Shown piece by piece: positions 10,846-23,253 of a stretch of 64,000 nucleotides of DNA (positions within the stretch are counted from its first letter, which is position 1; each line of letters starts with the position of its first letter). The position numbers and the translations under genes are program-made. Origin of the DNA: Prochlorococcus sp. AG-679-M23 (lineage in GTDB: Bacteria > Cyanobacteriota > Cyanobacteriia > PCC-6307 > Cyanobiaceae). The notes under the pieces are model-generated. The model worked only from the letters and a program-made list of their open reading frames with translations, did not search any database and was not told the DNA's origin. Where the stretch lies: the NCBI GenBank assembly GCA_003208875.1, contig QCUR01000005.1:1-64000 (forward strand), given 5' to 3'.

Positions 10846-13800
10846 CTATTTAACTCCCTCAATTTTATCCTCTACCTCTTGATAAAGTTCTTTAAGTTGC
10901 TCTATATTTTCATCGGATGTTTCCCAATAACCTCTCCCATTTACTTCAAGCAATGTTCCTACTATTCTTCTGAAACTATTAGGATTTAATTCCATGAGCC
11001 TTTTCCTCATTTCTTCATCATTAATGAATGTTTCATTAGTTTCTTCATAAACAAAGTTATCTACTTGGCCACTTGTTGCACTCCATCCAAGTGTGTAGTT
11101 AAGTCTATTAGATAGTTCTCTAACTCCTTCATATCCTGACTTAAGCATTCCTTCGTACCATTTTGGATTCAAAAGCTTGGTTCTAGAATCTAGTCTAATT
11201 GTTTCACCTAATGTCCTTACTTGAGCATTAGATGTAGTTGTGTCTGCAATGTAACTACTTGGTTCTTTCCCATCATCCCTTAACGTTTTTATTAATTTAG
11301 TAGGATCAGAATCAAAATAATGACTTACATCTGTTAGAGAGATTTCAGAAGAGTCAAGGTTTTGGAATGTTACATCAGCCGTTTTCATGACAGACTCGAA
11401 TACATCCCTTTTTTGATTCATTTCTCCTGGATTGTCAGCATTAAAAGCATAAGTTTTTCTTGATAAGTACATTTCTTGCAATTCATTTTCTTCCTCCCAG
11501 GTTGAATTTTCAACAGCTAAATTGACATTTGAACTATAGCTTCCACTAGCATTTGAAAAAACTCTTGCTGAAGCTTCCCTTATTGAGGTTCCCTCTTTTT
11601 CGGCTTGTTCTAAGGAATGTTTTCTTACAAAGTTGAAATCTAGTGGTTCTTCTGCTTCTGCAGCTAATTTTACTGCTTGGTCAATTAGTGCCATTTGGTT
11701 TATAAATAAATCCCTAAAAACTCCAGAACAATTTACAACCACATCAATTCTTGGTCTACCAAGTTCCTCTAACGGGATAAGTTCTAATTTATTTATGCGA
11801 CCAACAGAATCAGGTTTTGGTTTGACTCCTACAAACCATAAAATTTGAGCAAGAGATTCACCATAAGTTTTGATATTATCTGTACCCCATAAAACACAAG
11901 CTATTGTTTCAGGCCATGTTCCTTGCTCTTCTTTTTGTCTTTCAATTAATTTGTCAACTACAGATTTAGCTGCAGCTACTGCTGCAGTAGTAGGAATTGA
12001 TTGTGGATCAAGTGCATGAATATTTTTACCACTTGGTAAAACGCTTGGGTTCCTAATAGGATCTCCTCCAGGCCCTGGTAATACATAATTTCCATCCAAG
12101 GCTTTTATGAGGCTATCCATTTCTTTATCTGCACAAACCTGTTCTAGGCAGAATAATAAATAGTCAAATAATTTATTTAATTCTTTTTGATTTACTTCAT
12201 TAAATCCATTTAATCTACATACTCTCAGCCAAGGGGTAGGTAAATTTAAACCAAATATCTTCAAGAATTCTAATAGTTTTGAAAATAGTGATTTCTCCAA
12301 ATAGACTCTTCCATTAACAATTTTTAGAGAGTTAACCATTGCAAATATAGATTCTCTGGCAGTTTTAATAATTTTTTCATTAAGTTCAACAAACTTAAGT
12401 TCTCCCTTATTATTACCGTCGTAAACCTCATCAATTTTTAAATTTATCGATTCTGCTAATAAACCTGGTAAGGATCTAAGACCTTCTTGTTCTCTTTCTA
12501 ACGAAGCTATATTTACTAATGTAGCAACAGCTTCCTCAGCAGTAGGAGCCTCTCCAATTGTATGGAGTCCACATGGTAATAATCTACTTTCTATCTCCAT
12601 TAATTGCTTATATATATTCCCTACAAATAAATCTCTATCTTCAATAGTTAGTTCATCTGCTTCACCAATAGGGAGATCTACATCTTTGTCGAGATTACAT
12701 TGCTTTGAAGTCTCTACAATTGCATTAACAATTTGAATACCTCTACTACTTTCTCTGAGTTGTTGATAAGAACCTACTAGCTCGCTCAATTCTTTGAGTC
12801 CCTTATAAAGACCTGCATTTTCAGCTGGGGGAGTTAGGTAACTTATTGTTGATGCGTAACCTCTTCTTTTTGCAATTGTTGCTTCTGAGGGATTATTTGC
12901 TGCGTAATAATATAAATTCGGCAGAGATCCTATTAAAGAATCTGGGTAGCAAGTTTCACTCATGCCCATTTGTTTTCCAGGCATAAATTCAAGTGAACCG
13001 TGTGTTCCAAAATGTAGAACCGCATCAGCTCCCCATATTTTTTCTACGTAAGTGTAATAAGCAGCAAATCCGTGGTGAGGACTTGCACTTCTTGAGTAAA
13101 GTAATCTCATTGGATCTCCCTCATATCCAAAAGTTGGTTGTACTCCTATAAATACATTTCCAAAATGTTTTCCATAAATAAGTAAATTTTGTCCATCGCT
13201 GTTCAAGTTTCCAGGAGGTTTACCCCAGTTTTCTTCTAATCTCTTTGAATAAGGTGTAAATTCCTCATATTCTTTCACAGTCATCTTATGAGCAATATTT
13301 AATTCAGGAGAACCATCCATAGCCTCAGGATTATTAATGACTTTCTCCATTAATTCTTTGGAGTTTTTAGGGAGATCATCAATTTGATAACCTTTGGCTT
13401 TCATTTCTAAAAGAACTCTATAAATAGAACCAAATACATTTAAATAAGCTGCTGTTCCAACATTTCCTTTGTCAGGTGGAAAACTAAATACAGTTATCGC
13501 TAACTTCTTCTCCTTCCTTTTTTTAACCCTAAGAGTGGACCACTTTATTGCTCTTTCAGCAATAACATCTACTCTGTCTTGGAGAGTATGAGCTTTACCA
13601 GTAGCATCATCACGACCTGAAAGAATAATTGGTTCAATAGCTCCGTCTAATTCTGGTATCGCAATTTGGAGTGCAACTTGAACAGGGTGCAACCCTAAAT
13701 CACTTTCCTCCCATTCTTGAGTTGTTTGAAATACCAATGGGAGTGCAACCATATATGGTCTATTTAGTTTTTTGAGTGCATCGATAGCTTTTGGATGATC

Positions 13801-14853
13801 CTGTCTTGCAGGACCACCTACCAATGCAAACCCTGTTAAAGATACAACTCCATCAACTACTGCTCTTTCCTTATCAATTGAATCATAATAAAATTCATCT
13901 ACTGGTTTAGAAAAATCTAATCCACCACAGAAAATAGGCAAAACACGAGCGCCTCGATATTCTAATTCTTGTATTACGGCTACATAATGAGCATCATCAC
14001 CTGTAACTATATGACTTCTTTGTAGAACTAATCCAATTGTTGGAGTTTTATCATCTTTTGGTTTTATATCTTTTCTATTATTTTCCCAATCTTGATATTC
14101 ATTTAAACTTTCAAACATATTTGGCGCTAAAGGATGCCAAATGCCTAAATCTGGGAATGTTTGAGGATCTTGTATTTTAAATTCTTCTAACTGATCTTTT
14201 ATATTTTCTGAAACTACATATTTTTCTGAGATCATTAATAAGAAGTTCTTCAGATTCTCTGTAGTACCGCCAAGCCAATATTGAAAACTTAATATAAATG
14301 TTCTTGCATCTTGTGCTTTTTCTACAGGTAAATATTTGAGTATTGAAGGCAAAGTATTTAATAACTTCAACATTGAATCTTGGAAACTAGCACCATCAGA
14401 TTCTTTTTTCTTTTTAATAAGATCTCCAATAATACTTTTAGATTGTCCAAGTTGAGCCATGCTAAATGAACCCAATTTGTTTAATCTCATCACCTCAGGC
14501 ATTGAGGGAAAAATTATAGAGGCTTTAAGATTCTCTTTATGTGGTGTAACTGCATCTACAATTTTTTGTGCTAGATCCTCAATAAATATTAGGGAGGCAA
14601 CAAAAATATCTGCACTAGCTATATCAACTTTAAAATCTTCGAAATTCTTATCGTTTCTAAGTTCTTCTATAAGATACCCGCTAAGATCTATCCCTATAGG
14701 GCTATTTAGTTCATTTATTGATTTTGCAGCTTCTGTTAAGGAGTTTTGATATTGTGGCTCAAGGACAACATAAACTGCTTTTATAACAACTTTATGTTTG
14801 TTATCCTCAACAGGAGAAACTCTGCGATTTGCTGAGCGGACCTGCGTAAACAT
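10846..14853 (-). CDS. chlH: Magnesium chelatase subunit H
   Basis: CobN/Mg-chelatase family, [14 protein letters not shown], cyanobacterial ChlH N-terminus. Confidence 0.98.
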   Translation of the reverse strand: MFTQVRSANRRVSPVEDNKHKVVIKAVYVVLEPQYQNSLTEAAKSINELNSPIGIDLSGYLIEELRNDKNFEDFKVDIASADIFVASLIFIEDLAQKIVDAVTPHKENLKASIIFPSMPEVMRLNKLGSFSMAQLGQSKSIIGDLIKKKKESDGASFQDSMLKLLNTLPSILKYLPVEKAQDARTFILSFQYWLGGTTENLKNFLLMISEKYVVSENIKDQLEEFKIQDPQTFPDLGIWHPLAPNMFESLNEYQDWENNRKDIKPKDDKTPTIGLVLQRSHIVTGDDAHYVAVIQELEYRGARVLPIFCGGLDFSKPVDEFYYDSIDKERAVVDGVVSLTGFALVGGPARQDHPKAIDALKKLNRPYMVALPLVFQTTQEWEESDLGLHPVQVALQIAIPELDGAIEPIILSGRDDATGKAHTLQDRVDVIAERAIKWSTLRVKKRKEKKLAITVFSFPPDKGNVGTAAYLNVFGSIYRVLLEMKAKGYQIDDLPKNSKELMEKVINNPEAMDGSPELNIAHKMTVKEYEEFTPYSKRLEENWGKPPGNLNSDGQNLLIYGKHFGNVFIGVQPTFGYEGDPMRLLYSRSASPHHGFAAYYTYVEKIWGADAVLHFGTHGSLEFMPGKQMGMSETCYPDSLIGSLPNLYYYAANNPSEATIAKRRGYASTISYLTPPAENAGLYKGLKELSELVGSYQQLRESSRGIQIVNAIVETSKQCNLDKDVDLPIGEADELTIEDRDLFVGNIYKQLMEIESRLLPCGLHTIGEAPTAEEAVATLVNIASLEREQEGLRSLPGLLAESINLKIDEVYDGNNKGELKFVELNEKIIKTARESIFAMVNSLKIVNGRVYLEKSLFSKLLEFLKIFGLNLPTPWLRVCRLNGFNEVNQKELNKLFDYLLFCLEQVCADKEMDSLIKALDGNYVLPGPGGDPIRNPSVLPSGKNIHALDPQSIPTTAAVAAAKSVVDKLIERQKEEQGTWPETIACVLWGTDNIKTYGESLAQILWFVGVKPKPDSVGRINKLELIPLEELGRPRIDVVVNCSGVFRDLFINQMALIDQAVKLAAEAEEPLDFNFVRKHSLEQAEKEGTSIREASARVFSNASGSYSSNVNLAVENSTWEEENELQEMYLSRKTYAFNADNPGEMNQKRDVFESVMKTADVTFQNLDSSEISLTDVSHYFDSDPTKLIKTLRDDGKEPSSYIADTTTSNAQVRTLGETIRLDSRTKLLNPKWYEGMLKSGYEGVRELSNRLNYTLGWSATSGQVDNFVYEETNETFINDEEMRKRLMELNPNSFRRIVGTLLEVNGRGYWETSDENIEQLKELYQEVEDKIEGVK

Positions 14854-14955
14854 TGATTCTCTTTAAGTATTTTTACCAGCCTACGGGTGAATTGCCGTTA
14901 TTGTGTGCAATATAAATAGCGTGTAACAACCTTTAAAAAAATTTTTTAATTAAAA

Positions 14956-15804
14956 ATGATCAAAAATTCAAAAAAAACTATACCTGTACTTGTTTCTGGT
15001 GCATTAGGCAGAATGGGAAGTGAGGTTGTTAATTCCGTCCTTAATTCTTCAGATTGTGAACTTGTTGCAGCAATTGATACAAATAAAAAAAATAATGGTG
15101 AAAACATTTCAGAATTGTTAAATCTTAAAAAAAGTGAAGTTATTGTCTCAAATGATCTTGAGGGGTCTTTATGTTCAATTAGTCAAGACTATCGAAATGA
15201 GAAAATTAAACCAGTATTAGTTGACTTTACTCATCCTGATTCTGTTTATGAAAATACTAGATCTGCAATTGCTTATGGGATATCCCCAGTTGTAGGGACT
15301 ACAGGTCTTACTCCCTCTCAAATAAATGATTTGGCTATTTTTGCTCAAAAAGCAAACATAGGTTGTGCAATAATTCCAAATTTTTCTGTTGGAATGGTTC
15401 TTCTTCAACAAGCTGCTTCTGTAGCAGCAAAGTTTTACGATAATATTGAATTAATAGAAATGCATCACAATCAAAAAGTAGATTCTCCTAGTGGAACTTG
15501 TATTAAAACTGCTGAAATGATTGAAGAATATCCCAAAAAATATAATCAAAACTTAGTTAATGAAACTGAATCATTAAAAGGAGTAAGAGGAGGTGTTAGA
15601 GATTCAGGCCTAAATATTCATTCAATAAGATTGCCTGGGCTTTTGGCTCATCAAGTAGTAATTATGGGTTCTCCTGGAGAAACTTACACAATTAAACATG
15701 ACACTATTGACAGAAAAGCTTATATGCCTGGCGTTTTGCAGGCAATAAGAAAAATAGGTAAATTTGATTCGTTAATTTATGGACTTGAAAAATTAATATT
15801 TTAG
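14956..15804 (+). CDS. dapB: 4-hydroxy-tetrahydrodipicolinate reductase
   Basis: [25 protein letters not shown]. Confidence 0.97.
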   Translation: MIKNSKKTIPVLVSGALGRMGSEVVNSVLNSSDCELVAAIDTNKKNNGENISELLNLKKSEVIVSNDLEGSLCSISQDYRNEKIKPVLVDFTHPDSVYENTRSAIAYGISPVVGTTGLTPSQINDLAIFAQKANIGCAIIPNFSVGMVLLQQAASVAAKFYDNIELIEMHHNQKVDSPSGTCIKTAEMIEEYPKKYNQNLVNETESLKGVRGGVRDSGLNIHSIRLPGLLAHQVVIMGSPGETYTIKHDTIDRKAYMPGVLQAIRKIGKFDSLIYGLEKLIF

Positions 15805-16449
15805 ATGCTTATACCAATAAAACAAAATCAAATATCTAAACTTATCCCTTCTGTAGGGACAGGTGGTCAGTTTAAATATACACTTGGAGATCCTAGAAAA
15901 ATTTTGCAGAGACTTATTATTTCCTCTATAGGAGGAGTTTTAAATCTCTTACTTTTTATTAGTCAATCATCAACTCAAACTGAAAATCTTTGGTTATTAT
16001 TATGTGTGATTTTTTTTCTTTACATAATATGGGGACCAATTCTTGAATCAAGCAGAAAAAATATTAACTATAAAAAATCTAAGTTCTTTTCTCTTTTCGA
16101 TGGTTATGTTTCAGATATCTATAAAACTGAAAGAATTGAAAGTTCACGTGAGCAATCAAATAGGCAAGGACGTTTAGAGCTGATTGAAAAAAAAAGAACT
16201 TGGTTAGTTATTGAATTGGAGGATGAGGATGGTTATTTAGATAAAATAAGTTTTCCCATGGAAAACAAACATAGTCTAATTAGAGTTGGTTCCAATATTA
16301 GATGCATCATTTCATCTAATTATAGAAACTTTGAAAGAGAGATTTCTTTGACTGATGCATGGTTACCTGACTCAAATATTTGGATAGGAGAATACCCATA
16401 TTTGCTTCGACCAGCATTTGAAGAAATTTGCTATATTTATCTGAAGTAA
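15805..16449 (+). CDS. Conserved cyanobacterial membrane protein
   Basis: 214-aa ORF abutting dapB, two TM segments, GEYPYL motif. Confidence 0.8.
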   Translation: MLIPIKQNQISKLIPSVGTGGQFKYTLGDPRKILQRLIISSIGGVLNLLLFISQSSTQTENLWLLLCVIFFLYIIWGPILESSRKNINYKKSKFFSLFDGYVSDIYKTERIESSREQSNRQGRLELIEKKRTWLVIELEDEDGYLDKISFPMENKHSLIRVGSNIRCIISSNYRNFEREISLTDAWLPDSNIWIGEYPYLLRPAFEEICYIYLK

Positions 16450-16470
16450 ATTGTAGATATATCTTAATTA

Positions 16471-17625
16471 ATGAATAATTATTTAAATTTTAAAATTGTT
16501 GGTTCTGGTCCCTCTGGATTACTTTTAGCAATATCTTTAGCGAAATTAAATTTCAATATTTACACAACAGATTTACTAACAAGAGAGAAACTCATAAATA
16601 AAGATAAAACATATGCTATTACTCATTCAACAAGAAAGATACTTTCAAAATTTAATCTTTGGAGTAAATTAAAATCTTATCTTTATAAATTTGATTCTCT
16701 TTCAATTTCAGACAGTGTAACTTCAGATTTTACAATTTTAACTACTTCGGACTTAGATAAAGATATTTGTTCTTTAGATACTATTGGTTGGGTAGTTAAA
16801 CATTCTGATCTTATGAATGTATTTTTCGATGAGGTCGATAATATGGATAATATATTTTTTAAATCTTCTTTAGATCTTTCTTTTGATGATATTAAATTTG
16901 ATTATGAATTTGTATCAACCGGAGCAAATTCAAACCACAAAAAAAATCGAAATTTTATAGATATTAGAAAATCATATAATCAGTCTTGTTTAACATTTGA
17001 AGTTTTAGTTAGGGGTAATGTTCCTAGGCGTGCATATGAAATATTTAGGAAGGAAGGTCCATTAGCTTTATTACCACTAGATAAAAATAAATATCAAATA
17101 ATTTGGACTGCTACTACATCTAAATCAATGGATAGATTAAATTCAAGTAAAAGCTTTTTGTTAGATAACTTGTCAACAATACTACCTGATAATTTCAAGT
17201 TAGATCAGATCAATAGCGATATTAATATTTTTCCTGTTTCTTTATCTTTTCGTCTGCCAATCTTTAATTTCAAAAAGGTTGTATTTGTTGGAGATTCATT
17301 TCATACCTTCCATCCTGTTGGAGGACAAGGGTTAAACACTTGTTGGAGAGATGTTAATGTCATATATGATATTTTTAATAAAAATGTTCCTGTAAGTAAT
17401 AGAGCTTTAAAAATATTTAAATATAAATACTATTTTATAAGATGTTTAGATATTATTTCAACTATCGTTGTTACAGATTCTTTAATTCAATTTTTTGCAA
17501 ATAATAAATTTTTCTTATTACCTTTTAGAAAATTCTCTTTTTTACTTTTAAATAAGTTTATTTTTATTAGGAAAATCATATTAAATCATATGACTAAGTC
17601 TTTAATCTATTCATCAATTAAATAA
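16471..17625 (+). CDS. FAD-dependent monooxygenase, UbiH/Coq6 family
   Basis: GSGPSG, GPLALLP, GDSFHTFHPVGGQGLN. Confidence 0.9.
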   Translation: MNNYLNFKIVGSGPSGLLLAISLAKLNFNIYTTDLLTREKLINKDKTYAITHSTRKILSKFNLWSKLKSYLYKFDSLSISDSVTSDFTILTTSDLDKDICSLDTIGWVVKHSDLMNVFFDEVDNMDNIFFKSSLDLSFDDIKFDYEFVSTGANSNHKKNRNFIDIRKSYNQSCLTFEVLVRGNVPRRAYEIFRKEGPLALLPLDKNKYQIIWTATTSKSMDRLNSSKSFLLDNLSTILPDNFKLDQINSDINIFPVSLSFRLPIFNFKKVVFVGDSFHTFHPVGGQGLNTCWRDVNVIYDIFNKNVPVSNRALKIFKYKYYFIRCLDIISTIVVTDSLIQFFANNKFFLLPFRKFSFLLLNKFIFIRKIILNHMTKSLIYSSIK

Positions 17626-17630
17626 TTTCT

Positions 17631-17825
17631 ATGGATAATTATTCAAATAGAAAAATAATATTTTTTCTTATGGACGAAATTGGATTAAACGAGTCTTCGA
17701 TCGAGCTAGGATTAAAGTTGTCAATTAAAAATAATACGCCACTTCCTATTCTTCTTTGGAATTATGGAATATTAACAATTGAAGAACTTGATGAGTTTTA
17801 CACATTTTTATTTCAAAATAAATAA
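17631..17825 (+). CDS. DUF2949 family protein
   Basis: PLPILLWNYG.LT.EEL motif. Confidence 0.8.
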   Translation: MDNYSNRKIIFFLMDEIGLNESSIELGLKLSIKNNTPLPILLWNYGILTIEELDEFYTFLFQNK

Positions 17826-17862
17826 TAAATATTCTGTTATGATCTGTAAATAGCGTTCTAAG

Positions 17863-18393
17863 TTGACCATTACTAACTTATCCAAAAGAAAACAGATATC
17901 TAGAGAATCTATACAAAGACTTGATTTACTTTTATTAGCTCTAGAAACTATTGATTTAAATGGTGCTGAATCTCTACATTCCTTATCAGTCAAACTTAAT
18001 TTAAAGGAAGTCATACCTAATAAAGTTACTATTTGGAAACTAAGGAATAATAACCCAATGAGGAATTCTTTTAATAATATCAATATTAAATTAGAGGAAT
18101 TTGAAGCACTAATTAAACTTGCTGCTGAAATGGCAAAATTTTTATATCCTTACATAAGACAAATACTTCAATCCAGAGATGATCTTATTAGAAATCCTAA
18201 TGCTTGGAATGAATTTAAGAAAAGATATATTGAATTAATTAATGAAAGGTTTAATACTAATAGTATGAAGGTCAAAAAGCTTCTTGATCCTAATTGTAAT
18301 GATGAGGTTTTTAATAAAATTATACTTACTTTAGCTTTGTGCGTCTCAGACGATGGTTTTCTAAAATTAAGAACAAATTTACTTAATTATTGA
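17863..18393 (+). CDS. DUF3038 family protein
   Basis: [19 protein letters not shown]. Confidence 0.8.
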   Translation: MTITNLSKRKQISRESIQRLDLLLLALETIDLNGAESLHSLSVKLNLKEVIPNKVTIWKLRNNNPMRNSFNNINIKLEEFEALIKLAAEMAKFLYPYIRQILQSRDDLIRNPNAWNEFKKRYIELINERFNTNSMKVKKLLDPNCNDEVFNKIILTLALCVSDDGFLKLRTNLLNY

Positions 18394-18394
18394 G

Positions 18395-19015
18395 ATGTTG
18401 CAAAATAAATTTTTATTTAATCAATCTTCAGTAAGCCTTGAAATTATTGGATTGCCTGATTATTCTAATAACGAAAATAAAGACTATATATCAATTATTT
18501 CGCAATGGAAACTTATGATTATTGATAAGCCTGTTGTAGAAGGAAATTTGGAACATTTAAAGTCAATTATGAAGGCTTTTTATTCTTACTCTAATTCCCT
18601 TTTAAATGATGAAAATCCAAGATATGAATCTAATTTAATTGATATTACCTCTGAGAATTTTTATACACATATACTTCTTTTGAAGAGTTCCAAACCTGAG
18701 GTTAAGCCTTTAAATATAAGAATTGGAAATTCAGTTTTAGCAGATACTATTAATTGTTTTGACCAATTATGTTCTTCAAATAAAGTTAAAAATATTTATC
18801 AAAAAGAATTTACAAACTTTAAAAATAAAAATTATTTAAGTTTATTGGATAAAAAAAATATCTTTAATTTTCTATTACCTCCATTATTTTCATTATGCTC
18901 TATTTTTCTGGTTTCTACGGCTTTAATTTATGTTTATGATGGAAATGATAATAGCTCTTCAATAAATACTAAAAACAAACTTATTAGCATTAAATCCTCA
19001 AACAAGTTACTATAA
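18395..19015 (+). CDS. DUF4335-like protein
   Basis: Follows DUF3038; SLEIIGLPD, VEG..EHL motifs. Confidence 0.7.
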   Translation: MLQNKFLFNQSSVSLEIIGLPDYSNNENKDYISIISQWKLMIIDKPVVEGNLEHLKSIMKAFYSYSNSLLNDENPRYESNLIDITSENFYTHILLLKSSKPEVKPLNIRIGNSVLADTINCFDQLCSSNKVKNIYQKEFTNFKNKNYLSLLDKKNIFNFLLPPLFSLCSIFLVSTALIYVYDGNDNSSSINTKNKLISIKSSNKLL

Positions 19016-19068
19016 AAAAAATTCTTATTTGAGAATTATTTTTGATTTATTAGTTTGATTTTTTATAA

Positions 19069-19437
19069 ATGGCTGATTTAAAAATACCAAATTTGAATAA
19101 GAATTCTGATAAATATTTTTTTAAAAAAAAGTTATCTTTGAGAAGAAAATCTAAAAGTAAATTGATAAATGAATCTTTTATTATGATTTTTTTTAGTGCC
19201 TTAATATTTTATCTAATTTATTTAATCCCTAATAAAATCTCAATTTTTAAAAACTTATTAATTAATTTTAGTAAATTATTTGCTAACGTTTTTGACTCAA
19301 TCTCATATATTTATGAAATTTGTTTATTTATATTTATTGTATTTTCATTAATATTTGCCTTGATTTTATTTATAGGCTCATTTTCAAGAATATTAAAAGT
19401 AGTAAAAAGAAAAACTAGCCGTTTAACATTTAAATAG
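19069..19437 (+). CDS. Hypothetical membrane protein
   Basis: 122-aa ORF with basic N-terminus and two TM segments. Confidence 0.7.
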   Translation: MADLKIPNLNKNSDKYFFKKKLSLRRKSKSKLINESFIMIFFSALIFYLIYLIPNKISIFKNLLINFSKLFANVFDSISYIYEICLFIFIVFSLIFALILFIGSFSRILKVVKRKTSRLTFK

Positions 19438-19591
19438 GGTTCATTAAACCACCACTTCCGGAATCTGAATCATCGTCGTCATTTTCAGTTTCAAAACCTA
19501 GTAAAGCATATATACCAACTGCTACAGATGAAATTAGTAAAGTAAAAGGTAAAATCGAAGTTTGTAGTCCGACGTCAATGTACTCACCCAT
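19430..19591 (-). CDS. 53-aa single-TM microprotein with acidic tail (…ENDDDDSDSGSGGLMNPI)
   Basis: Manual translation MGEYIDVGLQTSILPFTLLISSVAVGIYALLGF... Confidence 0.7.
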   Translation of the reverse strand: MGEYIDVGLQTSILPFTLLISSVAVGIYALLGFETENDDDDSDSGSGGLMNPI

Positions 19592-19663
19592 TTAAAAAAA
19601 AAATTTTTACTAACCTAACCGAAATTTAACTTATCCGCGGTTATTAAATATTAATTTAATGTT

Positions 19664-22600
19664 TTAGATCTTTGTAACGGAAGTTTCTTTATTAAAGTTA
19701 TTTATTTCTTTTACAAAAAGTCCTAACCAATAAATTAACTGATCAATTTGATTTTGAATATCTGTGACACCTAATCCTCTAATAATTATTTTTGAGAACT
19801 GATCATCTTCTTCATAATTAAATTTTGATTGAATACTTGATGGTAAACCTTTTTTAATAAGTTTAAATGTAGAGTTTTTTAACCTAGTTTCTATTATTAC
19901 ATTCGGTTTTTTAAGTTTAATTTTATTAAAGCCACACTTTTTTGCTAATAATTTTAACTTCATTAACAGTATTAAGGATTCAACAGGTTTGGGTAAAACT
20001 CCATACCTATTTGACCAGTCAGTTGCTAACTCTGTAAGCTCTTTATGATTAGTACATTCGGTAGCATATTTATAAGCATCTAATTTCTCATCTCGGTTTA
20101 ATATCCATGTTGCAGGTATAAAAGCATTAATAGGTAAATCAATTTGAGTATCATTTACTTCAGGTATTTCTTGACCATTTATCTCTGAGATTGCTTCATG
20201 AAGCATTTCAATATATAAGTCATATCCTATGGCATTAACTTTTCCACTTTGCTCTTCACCTAATAAGCTCCCAACACCTCTTATTTCCATATCTTTCATG
20301 GCTAGTTGATATCCACTTCCTAATTCAGAGAAATCTTTGATAGCCTTTAGCCTTTGCTTAGAGGCTTCATTGATTTTGTTTATATTTGGATAAAATAACC
20401 ATGCGTGAGCTTGTATTCCACTTCTTCCGACTCTTCCACGTAATTGATAAAGTTGTGATAAACCAAATTTATGTGAATCTTCGATTACGATTGTATTTAC
20501 TCTAGGTATATCTAATCCGCTTTCAATAATTGTAGTGCAAATCATTAGATCAACCTCGCCATTATTAAATGCAATCATTGCATTCTCAAGATCTATTTCA
20601 TTCATCTGTCCATGAGCGACAATGTACTTTAAATCTTTAAACATATTTTTTAATTTATTAACCGCTTGATCAATGTCAGATATTCTTGGGAGAACATAGA
20701 AAATTTGACCACCTCTATCAAGTTCTTGACTTATCGCAGTTCTGATTACATCCATATCAATTTCAGATAAATACGTTTTAATTGATCTTCTTGAAGGAGG
20801 AGGAGTATTTAATAAACTCATTTGTCTAAGGCCAGATAAACTCATATAAAGAGTTCTTGGTATTGGAGTAGCTGAGAGAGTTAAAACGTCAATATTTGTT
20901 TTTATATTTTTAATTTTTTCTTTTTGCCTTACTCCAAATCTTTGTTCTTCGTCAATAACAAGTAATCCTAAGTTTTTAATTTCGATCTCTTTTCCTAAAA
21001 TTTGATGAGTAGCCACAACTAAATCAATTTTATTATTTTTTAAACCATTATAAATATCTTTTTTCTCAGCACTTGTTTTAAATCTGTTTAGTAATGAAAC
21101 CTTTATTGGGTAAGGAGAAAATCTATTATAAAAAGTTCTCCAGTGTTGTTGAGCTAAAATTGTTGTTGGAGCAAGTAAGATTACCTGTTTACCAGATGTA
21201 ATTGCTTTAAAAATTGCTCTTACTGCTACTTCTGTTTTCCCGAACCCGACGTCTCCACAAACTAATCTATCCATTGGCTTATCACTCTCCATATCAATTT
21301 TTACTTCTTTAACAGCTGTTAGTTGATCTGGTGTAGGTTGATAAGGAAATGACTCTTCTAACTCTTGTTGCCATGGCCCATCTTCTGGAAATATATGTCC
21401 TTTAAGTTTTTCCCTTTTTGCATAAAGTTTTAAAATGTCTAAGGCAACTTTTTTTATTATTTTTCTATTTTTATCTTTTATTTTTAACCATTCTGTACCT
21501 CCTAATTTATTTATTCTGGGCTTTATTTTTCCACTAGATCTATATCTGTTTATACTCCCAAGTTGATCAGCTGCAACACTTATTTTTCCATCAAGATAAC
21601 GAATAACTAAGTAGTCTCTTGATTCACCAGTAATGTTTATTTTTTCTATTTTTAAAAATTGTCCAATACCATGATTTTTATGAACTATATAATCTCCTGG
21701 ATTTATTTTATTTACATTTATATTTGAATTTACACTCCTTTTTCTTCTTCTTATAAATACATTATTAAATAAAGCTTGCTGAGAAAATAATTCCTTATCT
21801 GTTATTAGAATTACCTTCCATATCGGTAAATAAAATCCTTCTATTTCATAATTATTTTTATTTTTAATTATTACTGGTGTCGAATTGTCAATTAACTTAT
21901 ACGCGCTTTCAAGATCGTTGGGCTTTTCTAAGTACGTTGTATTACATTCATGCTCAAAAAATAAACTTCTTGTTCGTAATGGCTGAGCTGATAATATCCA
22001 GACTTTATCTTTATTTAATATAAATTTATTTATTTCTTTTGAGAGTTTGCCAATATTCTTAGACGAGGTATTTATGCGTTTATCTGACAAAAGAAATCTA
22101 TTATCTATATTTCTTTTTGACTCAAATTCATATAAATTTATTACATCTTTATTACTAATAGTTTTTATAATTGATTCAAATTTTTCATGAAGATTAGGTC
22201 TGACTTTTATATTTATATTATTAGATTTTAAGTTATTGGCGATTTCATCTTTATATAGTTCAAAATTATTACCTGATTCAAGACACCAATTGTTAGAGAA
22301 TTTATTACATTCTTCTTTTTCATCGATGACAATTAGTGTTTCTTTATTTATGTAATCTAAAAGGTTTGATGGATTTTCTTCTATTATCCCCAAGTATCTA
22401 TCAAGATTATTCTTGGTTGTGATTTCTTCTGAATTAAATATACCTAGTTCTGATAAATTTTCTAACCTTTTTCTTATAAATAAATTAAATCCGACTTGTA
22501 CAATTTCAACCTTATTAATACTATCTAATGTTCTTTGTGTTACAGGATCATATTCTCTTATTTTTTCAATAATATTATCAAAGTATTCTATTCTTATAGG

Positions 22601-23179
22601 CAGTTCATTATTAACTGGATAAATATCAATAATTTCTCCTCTTCTACTCCATGACCCTTCCTGAGAAGTCAAATTTTCTTTATTATAGCCTAGGTATACA
22701 AACTTTTTTGTTAACTCTTTTATATCTAGTTCTTTGCCCTTAAATAATGTAAATAAATTTTCCTTAAATTGATTATTTTTAATTAAATGAGGTTGAAGGG
22801 ATCTCTCAGTTGTTATTATTATGTTTAAATCTTTTCTCTCTTTTTTAATAATTTTAGAGATTACTGATAACTGTGAATATTCAGTCTCCCTTGACCTGTT
22901 AATCGATGCGTATGGTAAATTTTCACTTGGAGGATAATATAATACATTTCTATTATCTATACTATCGAAATATCCATACCATTTGTAGGCAATTTCTTCG
23001 TTAGGACTTATAAGTAAGATATCTTTATTTTCTTTCTTAGCAATACTATTTATTATAATTGACTTTGCATATCTACTAGAGCCAATGATATTTAATTCTT
23101 TATTATGTTTAATTCTTTTTACTAACTCTATTATTATTTGTGAATTTGAAATATAACTAATTAATGAACTTAAACTCAT
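19664..23179 (-). CDS. mfd: Transcription-repair coupling factor
   Basis: CarD/RID domain, GDVGFGKT, DEEQRFG, QLRGRVGR, TRCF C-terminus. Confidence 0.98.
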   Translation of the reverse strand: MSLSSLISYISNSQIIIELVKRIKHNKELNIIGSSRYAKSIIINSIAKKENKDILLISPNEEIAYKWYGYFDSIDNRNVLYYPPSENLPYASINRSRETEYSQLSVISKIIKKERKDLNIIITTERSLQPHLIKNNQFKENLFTLFKGKELDIKELTKKFVYLGYNKENLTSQEGSWSRRGEIIDIYPVNNELPIRIEYFDNIIEKIREYDPVTQRTLDSINKVEIVQVGFNLFIRKRLENLSELGIFNSEEITTKNNLDRYLGIIEENPSNLLDYINKETLIVIDEKEECNKFSNNWCLESGNNFELYKDEIANNLKSNNINIKVRPNLHEKFESIIKTISNKDVINLYEFESKRNIDNRFLLSDKRINTSSKNIGKLSKEINKFILNKDKVWILSAQPLRTRSLFFEHECNTTYLEKPNDLESAYKLIDNSTPVIIKNKNNYEIEGFYLPIWKVILITDKELFSQQALFNNVFIRRRKRSVNSNINVNKINPGDYIVHKNHGIGQFLKIEKINITGESRDYLVIRYLDGKISVAADQLGSINRYRSSGKIKPRINKLGGTEWLKIKDKNRKIIKKVALDILKLYAKREKLKGHIFPEDGPWQQELEESFPYQPTPDQLTAVKEVKIDMESDKPMDRLVCGDVGFGKTEVAVRAIFKAITSGKQVILLAPTTILAQQHWRTFYNRFSPYPIKVSLLNRFKTSAEKKDIYNGLKNNKIDLVVATHQILGKEIEIKNLGLLVIDEEQRFGVRQKEKIKNIKTNIDVLTLSATPIPRTLYMSLSGLRQMSLLNTPPPSRRSIKTYLSEIDMDVIRTAISQELDRGGQIFYVLPRISDIDQAVNKLKNMFKDLKYIVAHGQMNEIDLENAMIAFNNGEVDLMICTTIIESGLDIPRVNTIVIEDSHKFGLSQLYQLRGRVGRSGIQAHAWLFYPNINKINEASKQRLKAIKDFSELGSGYQLAMKDMEIRGVGSLLGEEQSGKVNAIGYDLYIEMLHEAISEINGQEIPEVNDTQIDLPINAFIPATWILNRDEKLDAYKYATECTNHKELTELATDWSNRYGVLPKPVESLILLMKLKLLAKKCGFNKIKLKKPNVIIETRLKNSTFKLIKKGLPSSIQSKFNYEEDDQFSKIIIRGLGVTDIQNQIDQLIYWLGLFVKEINNFNKETSVTKI

Positions 23180-23253
23180 TTATGTTTAATTAACTTGATT
23201 ACAACTTAAGCTTATATTATATTATATTTTACAAGGATTGTGAATAATAATTA

